In this document: positions 15,201 through 30,655 of the stretch, in pieces | Numbering within the stretch: the stretch's first letter is position 1 | Layout of the letters: every line of letters starts with the position of its first letter | Source: the human T2T-CHM13v2.0 reference genome, Homo sapiens | Assembly (NCBI RefSeq): GCF_009914755.1 | Contig: NC_060945.1 | Strand: one strand, 5' to 3' | Length of the DNA: 64,000 nt | Notes under the pieces: generated by a model | Seen by the model: only the letters and a program-made list of their open reading frames with translations | Databases searched by the model: none | What the model was told of the DNA's origin: nothing | Position numbers and translations under genes: made by a program

Positions 15201-15429
15201 ATAAAGGATACTGGCACCTCAATTGAAACTCAGACCACGAGAGTTAAATTTAAGCATTCTATTACAGATATTTGATAATTTTACCATTTGTCAAGATATC
15301 ATGGCTAGCCATAAAAAACATGGGCCATAAGTAGAAAAAGCAGGGAGTGAACATATCTGAAGCCTGTTTCATGCTAATGTGAAGGATAATAAGGTATTAG
15401 ATCTCAAACCTACATGTAAATATTAAAAC

Positions 15430-16155
<726 letters not shown>

Positions 16156-16651
16156 GAGATGAACATAACTTCAGTTGCTAAAACCTAGCAAAGATAAAGT
16201 GGAAAAAATTCTTAAAACCAAGTTTGGCAGTAGGAGTGAAAAATTATAAATCATCACGGCAACAAGTGACCTCAAATAAACACATGAATTAACAAAAACT
16301 CTGTAAAAATGCTCCCATACTTTGATATGAAAGAACATAGAATTGAGTTAGTTCTAAGAAAGTCTGTGTACATGTGGATACATAGATAAAATTATCTGAA
16401 GGATAATTGCTGTGGATGTCAATCTATCATCTTCAAAAACATGTGAACTGAATTAACCAATTATCATAGTACTTTTCAATTTTCCAGTAAAAGTGATCTT
16501 CCTTTAGAGAAAGCACATTATCAGATTTATCTTTTATGAATCTGAGATATGATGAAGGAGAGTGCATTGTAACAGGCTTAAACTCATCTTCTTTTAATTT
16601 TTTTATGAAAATATTTAATGTGTCATTACTTATCCTGCTCAATATGTTGAC

Positions 16652-18127
<1,476 letters not shown>

Positions 18128-18382
18128 ACTCACCAAACACTTCAGCAAATATCTCAAGTAAATAAAAAATGTTTTAACAGAAAATGACATAAAAACTTGC
18201 TCCTGATAGCAGTGCTTGTGTGTTAGTTGCCTCTCTATTAACTGGCAACACATAGCAGATATTCTTTAAAGCATACCAAAGTAATAGCAGAGACATCTAA
18301 CAACTTAACATAGTGCACACTTCATTAACTTTATCAAGGAGCCACTGACATACACCACAGTATATTCTGGAGTGTTTATTTT

Positions 18383-18389
18383 ACACACG

Positions 18390-18421
<32 letters not shown>

Positions 18422-18422
18422 C
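18383..18422. repeat. (CA)n microsatellite with CG interruptions
   Basis: Read directly. Confidence 0.92.
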
Positions 18423-18471
18423 CATGACAAATGGCATTTAAGAAATGAGACATTCTGATTTTTAAAAGCTA

Positions 18472-18597
<126 letters not shown>

Positions 18598-19228
18598 AAA
18601 AGCAATTGCCCTGAAAGCAGAATATTTTGTATTCTATTGTTCACAATATTAAACCCAGAAACTTGTATTTGGCAAATGTAAAGCCAAGTGTAACATATTA
18701 TTTATTGCTCTCTTCAGACTGGTGTAGGGACTTAGCTTTCACTTAAAATGCTAATAGTACCGTTTCTTCAAACAATGTAAAATGAGCTTTCAAGTAAAAA
18801 AATGTGTTTTTCTTGGGTGACTGCTATCCTTTAAAAAAAATAAACAGGGAAATATGTCTGCAATTGAAAAAAAAACATTGATTCTGACAGATTTTAAGCA
18901 TTTTTTGCCAAGAGCTATATTTTGTATCAATGTGTATGTAGAATAACAAATATTATAAGAGTTAAAAAAACTATTGTTTGAAGTTATGCTTTTTAACTGA
19001 CAGCAATTTCAAAGAACAGTAAATAAGAAAAAAACTTTCTAAGCACTGTGTGTCCTTTTGTTTTATTCTCTCATTTTGCTAGTTTCTTCTGTTCATTATT
19101 AGTTTCCATAATTCACTTCTAGCAGGTCCTCATTCCTCTAATCCTTTGCAAAAGTGGTGGGATTTATCTCTGGTTATTGTGTTAGTCAGGTTTCTCCAGA
19201 GGAATAGAAAGAAACATCTGGATGTATG

Positions 19229-19977
19229 TATATACTACTCAACTTACTATGAAGTTATGTCCTGACAAATCCGTCATGAATTGATAATATCATGTCAAAA
19301 ATACATTTAATACACCTAACCTATGGGACATCATAGCTTAGCCTAGCCTATCTAAACGTGTTCAGAACACTTAGCATACAGTTAGGCAAAATCATGTAAC
19401 ACAAAGCGTATTTTACAAAAAAGTGCTGAATACCTCATGTAATTTATTGAAAACTGTACTAAAAGTGAAAAACAAGATGATTGTATGGTATTTTAGTCCA
19501 TTCTCACACTGCTATAAAGAGCTACCTGAGACTGGGTAACTTATGACGAAAAGAGGCTTAATTGATTCACAGTTCTCAGGCTGTACAGGAGGCATGGCTG
19601 GGAGGCCTCAGGAAACTTACGATCATGGCGGAAGGTGGAGGGGAAGAAAGCAGGTCATACCTTGGCAGAGCAGGAGAGAGAGAGAGCGAAGAGGGAGGTG
19701 CTACACACAGTTTAAAAAACCAGATCTCATGAGAACTCACTCACTATCCTGAAAACGGCAAGGGAGAAATCTGCCCCCATGATCCAGTCCCCTCCCGCCA
19801 GGCACCTCCCCCAACACTGAAGATCATAATTCAACATGAGATTTGGGTGGGGACATAGAGCCAAACTGTATCATATGGGTACTCCCAGCATGATTTCTAC
19901 TGAAAGTATATTGCTTTTGCATCATTAGAGTGTTGAAAAATCATTAAATCAAATTGTCCATAAGTCCATGTTTTTTG
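19229..19977 (+). mobile_element. MER47A (Tigger-family non-autonomous DNA transposon), interrupted by MSTA
   Basis: CATTTAATACACCTAACCTA...CATCATAGCTTAGCCTAGCCTA...GGCAAAATCATGTAACACAAAGC; resumes TATGGGTACTC after 19873. Confidence 0.85.
19489..19873 (-). mobile_element. MSTA/THE1D-type MaLR solo LTR
   Basis: TTAGTCCATTCTCACACTGCTATAAAG ... GGGACATAGAGCCAAACTGTATCA; perfect 5-bp TSD TATGG (19484-19488 / 19874-19878). Confidence 0.9.
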
Positions 19978-20829
19978 TATGTACGTATGTACGTATTTGT
20001 TTATTATAAGGAATTGGCCCACCTGGTTATGGAGGCTGAGAAGTTCAGACTCAGAAGAACTGAGGATATAGCTGTCCTTGGTCTGAAGGTCTGAGAACCA
20101 GTAGAGCCAATGATGTTCCAATCTGACTCAGTTCCAATCTGAGTCTGAGTGTGAAAGCAGGAGAAGACTAATATCCCAGATCAAAGACAGCCAGATGGAC
20201 AAATAATTTTTTATTATTCAGTCTTTTATTGTATTCAGGCCTTCAATGGATTGTAAGAGGCCCACGTGCATTGGGGAAGGGAACGTGCCTAACTGTGTCT
20301 GCTTATTCAAATGTTAATCTCATCCAGAAACAGCCTCACAGAAACATCCAGATGTTTAACCAAATATCTCGGCAGCCTACAACCCAATCGAGTCAACACA
20401 CAAAATTAAGTATCACAGTTACCCGTATAAAAATACTTGCATTTGTCTGAAAGAACATTGAATATTAAAATTAAACTTGTCAGGGGGAGCCTGTCAGCCT
20501 GACAGTTGACTAAGTGGTGTTTGTGAAGTAAAGCACCTTGTTGTCCCTGTAGTGGATAAATTGAGACCCAGCATTATTTATCATGAGATATAGTATGATG
20601 TTGCCACCTTTTGTACAGTTTAACTCTGCAGTTGTAATAGAATTCCAAAAGTTACATTCCCTGTGTTCTCCTCACATCTGGGAGATGAAGGAATAAAAGC
20701 ATTAAATATAAGTATAAGGCTTCTACTTATACTTTAAGTATAATAAAAGCCTTAAGCATAAGGCTTTTATTTGAAGGAACTGTCTGAAACATACATAGAA
20801 TCCATAATAATTATTACTACTCACAGGCA

Positions 20830-20900
20830 CATTGTTCAGTAAATATTTAGTGAGTGTCTATTATGTTCCAACCACAATTCTAGGGTCTAGACATAGGGTA
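20830..20900 (-). mobile_element. L2 3' end fragment
   Basis: TTCAGTAAATATTTAGTGAGTGTCTATTATGTTCCA...TTCTAGGG. Confidence 0.55.
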
Positions 20901-22918
20901 GCCCAGAATAGAAAATGGCTTTGAGGAGATTGGAGTTTTGCCACACATTTTCTGTAATGAAATAAGTTTAATTAAAGTGAAAAATACCACAACTATCATC
21001 GTATTCTGATGAGTTGACAGTTGTACAGAAGGCACTAAGGTCAAATAATATTTGACCAGTACTATTTTTTACAATGTCAGGTTTTAAAATAATCCTAATT
21101 CCAACAGTCTTCACTTCTATATCAGGGGGAATGCAGTAAATCACATGTCCTCTTGAGTCCTTTGAACTGGATCACTATACTTTTGTCTACCACTTACAGG
21201 TTACTTAATTCTAAAGACCAAGGGCCTTTTCTGTCACCAATACATCACACAAACCTGGTGTTGGGAGTTCAGTATCCATCATCTCTCTATCTTGTGATTC
21301 AAACCTATTTAACAATACATGAGAAAGTTTGGCCCTGTGCTAAATCAACACTTCCTGACGGGGGAATAAATAAATTCTGGGGTTGGGAAGCTTTGTTAGC
21401 TTCTACACGACTTGTGTTGCAGTGGGGACTAAGAGAGCATTGTCAGCAATTTGTCTGACCTGGCCCACTCAGATATGACTATACTTCCTCAGCTTATCTG
21501 TGAGGTGGGAAAAATCATACCAGATAGGGTTATATTTACAACCAGAAATTAAATCACCTACTATTGCATAGAATCTAGAAATGGAGAAATAGCGTCTGTG
21601 GAATAGTGGTGTTAGTATGAAATGCAGATGGGACAGTGAAGGCTACAGGCGACGAGGCACTCTATGGTTACATTGAAGAAGTGACCGCAGGACTCTTGCA
21701 GTTGTCAGGACTAAAAATAACCCCCACTCCAGAATATTTAAGCAGCACAGAGAAGCTTCAAAACCAGCTCTTTCATTTCATAGGAAGAGTTCCAACTAGC
21801 ATAAACATCTGCCTGAAGTGATTTTTAGGTTATTTATGCCAGTGATTGAAATGAAAAAAGAGTCGACTGTAACTCTGTCTACAAACATTAAGGGGTAATG
21901 CACAGACAATTGCTTAGATTATATAATTTATATTCCCAGTTACAGATAAAATGTTGCTCCTGGTTTCTGCTTTAAGGTTCACACATATACATACAGGTAC
22001 ATGTATACATTTAAATTCATATGTGTCAATTCAAATATTTAAAATATAATGTGACTTGCACCAGTATCCCAGAATGTCAACCACTTGATTGATTTATAAT
22101 CTAGTTAATTCTACATGAACAATAGTAGTTGAATTTCAAAGATGATGGCATTGTTTTCACAGCAGATGGCATTTTTGTTTTATTAAGCACCACAGTTCAG
22201 ACTGCTATGAATCTGAACAATGTATCTGCAGTTACAAATCAACAGTTATTTCAGATTTTTTTTCAAATGTATTTCAGGACTCTTCTCTGGTTTCTTGATG
22301 TTTATGGGGTTTTGTTTTGTTTTGTTCTGTTCTGTATTGTTTTTCTGGCCAGCTTACTTATCCAATTTCATGAAGACTTCTGTATATTTACTTTGTATTG
22401 ACATACAGCTGAGCAATGACAAAAAGAGGTAAAAACATTTTAAATATCCACCAAAGCATGTTTTTACATATTGACAAAAATAGGGACTGGAGAAATAACG
22501 GCATACAGATCAGTTCGTGGCTTAGATATCTGAACTGTTTCTTTTTACTGTTAAGCAGGCCGAGAATAGGAGAGCTATTTCAGAATCTTTGTTCAATAAA
22601 AGGGATCATGATCCAAATCAAACACTGTCTCATATTTTCAACAAAGCTTCTTGGCTTTTACAATGTAAGCATTAAATACATTTATTTGTAAGGTATTTTG
22701 GTGATCATTTTTTGGTCATGACACACATATGAACTCACATGTAGCTGACGGTCAAAATACTAGACTGTATTTTTTAAAGGAGCAGAGGCCTCAACTGTAT
22801 TGTTCACACTTATTTTACAGACTGATGTATCAACCAGGGAATGACTCTCATGCACAGTTACTTTCTCAATGTTCCTCAGATTCTACTTAGAGTCAAGGTT
22901 GAAACCAATGGGCTAGAG

Positions 22919-23080
22919 CAGTGCTTCCAAATTTTTAATATGCATGCAAACCAGCTGAGTATCTTGATAAAATGCAGATTCTGATTTAGTAGGTATTGGT
23001 TGGTTCATGAGAGTAGGAATTTCTACAAAGTTCCTTGGTGATGCCAAAATCACTGTTCCATATACTTCAAGTTGTATAGT
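22919..23080. mobile_element. MER5A/B (hAT-Charlie) DNA transposon
   Basis: CAGTGCTTCCAAATTTT...ATCTTGATAAAATGCAGATTCTGATTTAGTAGGT...GGTGATGCC. Confidence 0.75.
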
Positions 23081-26000
23081 GGGGATCAAAAAAATATGGC
23101 AGCAATAATTGAAAGCTCAGCAAAATGCCACACTTTAAACCATAGCTATATTGTCCAATATTCTTTTGAACAATGCAATACAGAAACCTCGACATTTACA
23201 ATTACAAATAGATGTATATTACTGTTGTTTGTTTTTTCCAATGGAGATTTATGATGCATTGCCAAATTGGCCTTTAATTGGTTATGCTACCTACACTCAT
23301 TTTCCCAAGATCCAATTGTTAATAAATATGCATTCTGAATAACTGTTACATGAAAACCTATAAATATTTAAATATATTATAAAGCCCATTACACTAAATA
23401 TGCTGTAAGGTAAAAATATAACAAAAATTAACTGGTGTATTATAATAAGAGCAGACTTGGTTAGTTGCTTGGGAGTATACTCCCTGAACAATTATTGCAT
23501 AAAATTATTACATAAAACATTTAAAAAATTATTGCTAATCAAGATGTTGTCTATTATTTCTCTTTGCATTTTCCAAAATATACAACTGCTATACATTTCT
23601 AAGTGAATTCTGAAGCATCTTAATCATTTTGTGAATGTAGAAACCATTAGGCATCACATTGAATCTAGAATTTTTCCTCACATTGATAGCTTTACAGTCA
23701 CAATCTTCCAAATCCACCAAGGGTTTGCTTTGATTTCATGTTGTGGGAACATCTATTTGGTACAATACAGGAAATAACAAATGTGGTAGTTTGCTCTTAT
23801 CCATTTCTTAAAATATTTTTTACCCCATATTATGTTTTGCTAGGAGCAAGGCCAAAGTCCTCATTTGTTGCATTTTGGCAATGTGCATTTGGCAAGTTCA
23901 TTTTATTGCTTGGTTATGACAAGATGTGTTCAGAAAAGTGGTGAAGTTTCATGCTATTTGTGCAGAATTCCTTCTTTGTTAGTGGTGTGTGCAAAGCCAT
24001 CTGTTCTCTGTAGAGCAGCAGTGATGGCTTGTGTAGGACAGTAAGCACTTGTCAGCGCCTGGAAGATGGTCCTCTGCATAAATCATTATCCTGTCTTTAT
24101 GTCTCACAAGCAGTGAACCCTTTTTAGGCTGCATTTCTGGCTGAGGTTGGCATACACTGGGGGAAGAGTATCAGAGTCAAGGAGAGTTGCTTATTAAATT
24201 ACTCATCTCACTTTTACAGAACAGCTGCTAAAGCAAACTGGCTAAAATATCTTCGTTATCCACAGCATATGTTTGAATACAGATGCTCACTCTTAGCAAT
24301 TCAAAGAGCCGAGGCTGTGTAGGTTGATAAATGTTCAGCTTTTACATACGAAGCAGAGGTTAAACGGATATGTCAAGATGCTTAGCTTGCCCTGCTTTAC
24401 TTTTAGCTGAAGAATAAATGGTGGCAGACTTCCGACTAGGCTACCATCTAATCCTAGCATGTGAAAAACATAGCGAAAGTATTCATCTGTTGCTTTTAAT
24501 AATGTCATTGGCCCCATTTTATTGTATTAGTTTTTTAAATGACAAAAACACCTTTAAATACTATTCAAATCAGGACAAATCATAGAGTGATATATTTATT
24601 CATGCAATAAGATATGCAAGCACATAAATCCCTAATATAATTTCTTGTGGGGCTTACCATATTGGAGGCAGACAGTTCAGTACAAAGGACTACTTATTAA
24701 AGGCTAATGCATTAAATTATATAACTGTCACAAGATATGGCAATTTGCCTTCTGGAACTTGAAATCAGACCACTAGCAAATTCTCACGGGTCACTGAATA
24801 TCCATCAAATTACAGCAACTTTTAGTCATGCTTTATCTTGACAGTGTTTGTATCAGTGACCTAGAGATGAAAGGTTTTATAACTCATTACAAATCCCCAA
24901 TCAATCAAGTGATTCTGATTTGAGGAAAGAAGCTTCATTTTCTTTTTTTATTTTTAGTCAATACCTAAATTAATTCCTGAGTTGATTTTAGCCCCAAAAT
25001 GAAGGGTAAAGAAAACCTAGTTTTCACTTTGAACTGTTTTTTTCCCTACATGAAGAATTGGCTGAGTTAAAAATTATCATTATTCTTAGCAAATTAAGAA
25101 AACATTGAAAATTATGCTGGCATAGGCTGTTTGAGTTAAAACTCTTTTTCCTGATAGGTCTTTATTAAATGCATTTGATGGAAGGACCTTATTTTTAATA
25201 CTTATGGTTGCGTAAGTATTCAAATCTACAACAATTCCCTAGGGCGTATATAAGCCCGTGCAGTATTTAACATATTCTTTGATTAGCTAGATACTTAATC
25301 ATTCTTATCCATATTTACTGCTCAATCCACAATATCACTGCTAATTTAAACAAAATTCTGCATCTGATTTCTTTTACACGGTCAGATTCAGTTCATTCTC
25401 AATTTTTAGTATTAAGAGAAAGGGGAATAAAGTAAAGCTCAGGGAAAGTTAAAAATAATCAAAGACTGCATTATTCTTCAAAGGAATTCTTAAGCCATTC
25501 TTTCAAATATTGTGAGAAATTCTTTTGTGAACACTGAATTTATCATATGTACAAGTTACTGATATTACAGAATATGTGGGAATGTGACCTAATACTAGCA
25601 AGAAAGATGAACGTAGAAAATTCGAGTGACAAAGATCCATTCTTCTATTAAAATATTGAAAACTGGATCACTTTCAAGAAATTGCAACATGAAACAAATT
25701 GTCACAAAGCAGGCATAAGATGTGAAGAGGCATAAAGTTTTATAGAATTTTTTAAAAATAATAATCTGTGTAATTTGGAAAATGTCACTTAAAAACATGA
25801 GGTGCAGAAAAGATTCTTACTTTTCTTATTTTTTAGAGCTGTTGAGAGAATTCCAGGTATGTGCAAAGAAAGCACTTTTGATTTAAAAAATATGTACAAA
25901 TGGGAAGAATTTTACCTATTCTACATCTACCTTCATTCTAAGTGTTATATGGACATATTCTCAATGATTAAATGATGGAGTTGGCTACTCATTTCTTCTA

Positions 26001-27086
26001 CTGTTCTTTTCTAGACTAGAAAAGTAACCTCATTGGCTATTGGCAATGTTTGTTTAGCCTGCTCTGTGAATCACTTTTGTTCTAACTCTTCTCTTAATTC
26101 CTGAAGGCTGTTTACAATCTGTCTTCTGATGACTGAAATTTTGTGTTTTATACAGTTATTTATTTTTCCTTTAAATTATACTTACCTATTATCTTATAAT
26201 ATTTTTAAAAGAATACAAATACAAAATTATTTTTTCTTGTATTCTCCGCAGTACATCATTTTTTATAATGAAAAATATTAAATTTATGAACTATATACAC
26301 TATGTTTCCATGACAATTATTTTATGATTGCAAAAATAATGTTTCTAAAATTTACTATATAATATTCTGTTTTACAGATACATGATAGGTTCAAGTATCA
26401 CTTCTCCGTTGTTAGAGAGTTTTTTCTTTTACTTTTTTATTTTTGCAGTTTTAAAATAGTAGAATTATGAATGAACATCTAAGAGACTAAATCTTCATCT
26501 GCCTTTGCAAACATTACCTATAGGATTTCTTTTAAATTAGTGTATTATTTTTCCACTTCATTGAATCTGTCATTTCAAGGCTTATCAATTTAATTTAGAC
26601 AAATTCAATGTCATTTTTCAAATCCCATCTTCACTGACTTCTCTGGAGAATTGATTCCAGTCAGTGAATTGACCTTCTTGAGTCTCTCAACTCTTTCACT
26701 TTCAGTGGTTAATATTTGATCTAGGCTTGCATACTTCATTTAAGCAGTTGCAGAGGCAACAACTTCCTTTCAACTCAAACTCTAGGGTTGCTCTCTATGT
26801 GAAATGAAAGCAAACACTATGAATCTTAGTGTAATAAAATATTGCCTCAAATTTTTATCATTGTGGAACTTCATCTTTCCTAATAATTCACCTCCTGGTC
26901 TCTACATACTAGCATCTAGTATATTTTGTTTAGCCTTATGAATATACATTCATGATTATCCTGACACTTTTTTTTTGTCTTCTTTGTCTTTCTTGATTAG
27001 TTTATTTTCCACTTTTTGAGGGTTATCTGTTAGGTGAATCTTACAGACAGAAATGTGCATAAGTCATAAACACACAGCTTGAGGAA

Positions 27087-27713
27087 TGTGGCAGGCAGAA
27101 TAAAAGATGGTCCCCAAGATCCCCACGACTATGTGCCTTCTCTTGAGTGTAAGCAGGACTTGTCAACTTGAAGAGATTGGCTCCTGTGATTACATCATTT
27201 TAAATAACAAAGCTGATATTAAGGTCCAAAATCAGTTGACTTTGAGTCCAAAGGAGATTATTTCAGGTGAGATAACCTAATCAAATTAGCCTCTAAAAAC
27301 AGTCCAGACCTTCCCTGAAGGGAGAGCTTTGAGGTCAGGGAGATTTTCCTACTGCCCGAAAGATTCAAAGAGCCAGTCTTCAAAGGGCCTTTGGGAATTG
27401 TGGGAGGCTTTTTGAACAGCAACCTCCAGATGACCGTTAACAAGAAATAGGAGACACGAATGCCACATCTGCAAGGAACTGAATGCTGCCAACATCCATG
27501 TGACCTGGGAAGAGGAACCTCGAGCTCCAGAAAGGAACACAGTCCAGCCAACACCTTGACTGCAGCAAGACCTGGGAAAAGGACCCTGAGAAGTGAACCA
27601 GCTAAGCCATGCCCGGACTGCTGGCCTCAGAAAACTGGATGATAAGAAATCTATGTTGTATCACACCACTTAGTTAGTGGGATATTGTTACACAGCAATA
27701 AAAGACTAATATA
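27087..27713 (+). mobile_element. MLT1E-type MaLR LTR
   Basis: TGTGGCAGGCAGAATAAAAGATGGTCCCCAAGATCCCCAC ... GCAAGGAACTGAATGCTGCCAACA ... TTGTTACACAGCAATAAAAGACTAATA. Confidence 0.85.
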
Positions 27714-28845
27714 ACACACAGGTAACAAACACTCAGATCAGACCACCTGAGAGTTTCAGCACTACAGGAGCCCTTCTCTTGCCCTTTAGTTGCTACACCC
27801 CTAGACATATTAATAATGATCCTGCTTAGTACAACAAAGGAGTTTTGCCTATTTTTGAACTTTATATGATTGCAATCATATGCTACACACTTTTTATGTT
27901 AAGCTTCTTTCACTCAGTATTTGAGATATTTCTTCATTTTCTGTGTAGCAACAGTTCATTCATCCTCACTGCTATATGGTATTTAATTTTATGAATACAG
28001 AACAATTTATTCATTTGGCAATTGAGAGGAATTTTGGATGTTTCTAATTTGGGGTTGTTGAACATATTATTCTTTAACTCGTCTTGTTTGTGAACATATT
28101 GTGTGTTTCTGTTGTATATCTAGGATTAAAATGCCTGGATCATAGGGTTTGCACATTTCCAGCTTTACTAATCAATGCCCAACAATTTTCCAAAAAGTCA
28201 GAACAATGTACATCCTTAAATCCTTTTGTCTTATTGAACTGTAGGAATTCTTTACACGTGTTGGATATTCTTATTTTATTGTATCTGCAAATACTTTCTC
28301 CCAATGGCTTTCCTTTTCATTCATTCAAAGTTGAATTTTGGTTAATAGAAGTATCAAGTTTTAGTGCAGTCTGCTTTACCTCTTTCTTTCAAATTTAGCT
28401 CTCTTTGTGCCCCACTCAAATATCATTTGCCCATTCAGTGTCTCAAAGATATTATTATATAATTTTTTTCTAAACTCTCATTTTTTTGTGGTTTACATTT
28501 AGATAAAAAACCCATCAAATACTTTGAGGGGAGTAGTATGGTGGGAAGTAGAGCTCAGGAAATGTTTTATTTTCTGTGTGAATACCCGATATATCTAGCC
28601 CCAGTTATTGACAGCATACCTCCCCATTATGCCACAGTGTCAACACTCTCATTGTCAGGGAGCTGTTTATGTAAGGGTATGGTTCTGCAATGTATTCTGG
28701 TCCACTTTTCTACTTATGTATGTACTATGCTAACCCAATTACTATATTTTTCTAATAAATGATGTATCTGTTTATTTCTTCTTCAAGATGGCCTTGATTA
28801 TCCTTGGCCTTTGCAGGTCTATATAAATTTAGATGGGAACTTGTT

Positions 28846-28848
<3 letters not shown>

Positions 28849-28889
<41 letters not shown>
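28849..28889. repeat. (AC)20 microsatellite
   Basis: Read directly. Confidence 0.95.
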
Positions 28890-28892
<3 letters not shown>

Positions 28893-30222
28893 CAAAACTT
28901 GCTGGAATATTAATTGGGCTATCATTGAAACTGCTTATCAAAGCATGCAAAAATGACATGTTTATATCATTGAGTTTTCCCATCCCTCCATTTTTTGTCA
29001 TCTAATTTTACCCAGATATTTTTAAATTTTTATTTATTTTTTTCTTTTTTTAATGTTAGGGAGGGACTAAGCAGAAGTCAAAAACAGGTGCTTAGTCAGA
29101 AAGTAAGACTTGGGCATAAGAGAAATAAAAACCTCAATTGAAGATCTGATCTTCAGCTTCTACAGAACAAACTCCCTTTAGAAATTTCAATAATTAGAGA
29201 AGTTTCTCCTATTTGTATGTTAAAGAATAAGACACTGTCTGATACAATGACTTCAGGGGGTTGCCATGACCTTCTAAGGGTTATTTTCTGTTTGCATGCA
29301 AGGACTACTTCCCTTCCTTTCTAATTTCTTAGTCAGCTTGCTTAGTTTCCTTTGCTTTTTTCTTTCTTTATCTTTCACTTTTAAAGTAAGCTAACCCAAA
29401 TTTCCCCTGAGATCTACTAAAAATTTGATCCCTGCTACCAAATTCCACCCCACCAACCATCAAAAAGCCTTTTAGTACATAGTATGCCTGTAAAATTTCG
29501 TAAGAAATTCACCCTGACTCCAAACCACCCACCAGCAGGGCTGCCCACCTATTATTTTGTTATTCCTGGAAATTTGACATTTTTTGATGACAGAATAAGG
29601 GGAAATAACATTTTTAAATATATATAGCACGTTTGTTGCTAGAATATGGAAATACAAATAACTGGTTTACTTATGTAGTTTTCCAGGTTTCTGGTGACTT
29701 TATTAAACTCTTCTTAATTATAAGTGTTTGTCATTAAAATTCTAGATTTTCTACAATAAATTGGTGTCATCCACAATTAATTGCTATATTAACTTTTTCT
29801 TTCTAATTGTTTGCCTTTGTTTTCTTCATATTTTATAGTATGAATTCCAGTAAAACCTTGAACAGAAGTGGTGATGGCAGGTATGTTTTTTCCTCATTTC
29901 TAATTTCCAAAGAATACATGCAATTTAAAAAAAATGAATTATGTATTGTTTTTCTTTATTTATATGTGTGTGCATATGTGCATGTGTGTTTTTTCACAAC
30001 TTAAGAGAGTTTCCTTCTATCCCAGTTTGCTAAGAGTTTATGTCATAAATATATGTTGAATTTCATCTTTAATATTTCTGTATCTATATAAAATTATACA
30101 TTTTTCACTATTTTGTTAATGAAGGGGGATTGATTTTTCAAATATTAAGACATTTTTATAACTGAAATAAGCCCTAGTTGATCTTTATATTATCCTGTTT
30201 GAGTATAGATGCAGGGAATTTT

Positions 30223-30655
30223 TATTACAGTTTAATAGTATCAAACCACAAAATTACAACAAATTTAATTTTAAGCTGTGATTGGCTTTTATTTCTGACT
30301 CTGGAGTGGAGTAATACCTCAATCTATAAAATAGAAAAAATATTCTAAGGGGCTGGGCAGAGGAGATTCGATTTACACATAGAAGAGCACTACAGAAAGC
30401 GGAAACAGGAAACAATTAATTAGATTGGTCCTGTCAAAGTTATTTTCCTTATAGGGTTAAAACAGAGGAGACTTCCTTATTATGCTGACTCAGATTGACT
30501 AGAATCTCCTATTTTTTGTGAAAATTGGATCGTTTCAAAGTTCAATTTAACTACATGGCACTTAGCACAACTGACTCCATTCTGGTTTGGTGTGGTCAGC
30601 TGGGCATAGGGCAAGAGGCTAGTCCAAACGATGGCCTCTGATAAACCTTAGCAAT
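30223..30655 (-). mobile_element. MER31-type ERV1 LTR
   Basis: TGACTCCATTCTGGTTTGGT...AGTCCAAACGATGGCCTC and ATTGGCTTTTATTTCTGACTCTGGA...CTATAAAATAGAA match MER31 in antisense. Confidence 0.7.

Larger units (their letters stand above)
19178..20417 (-). mobile_element. MLT2B-type ERVL LTR, host of nested insertions
   Basis: TGTGTTAGTCAGGTTTCTCCAGAGG ... ACAAAATTAAGTATCACA; 5-bp TSD GTTAT (19173-19177) / GTTAC (20418-20422). Confidence 0.85.

Noticed and set aside
21636-21821. 61-aa ORF (MKATGDEALYGYIEEV...) with CpGs as a coding exon
   Set aside because: GTG start, no clear splice sites and no recognisable homology.
29060-29660. Unassigned segment interrupting the L1ME
   Set aside because: Possibly an old ERV or other repeat fragment, but I could not identify termini, TSD or family.
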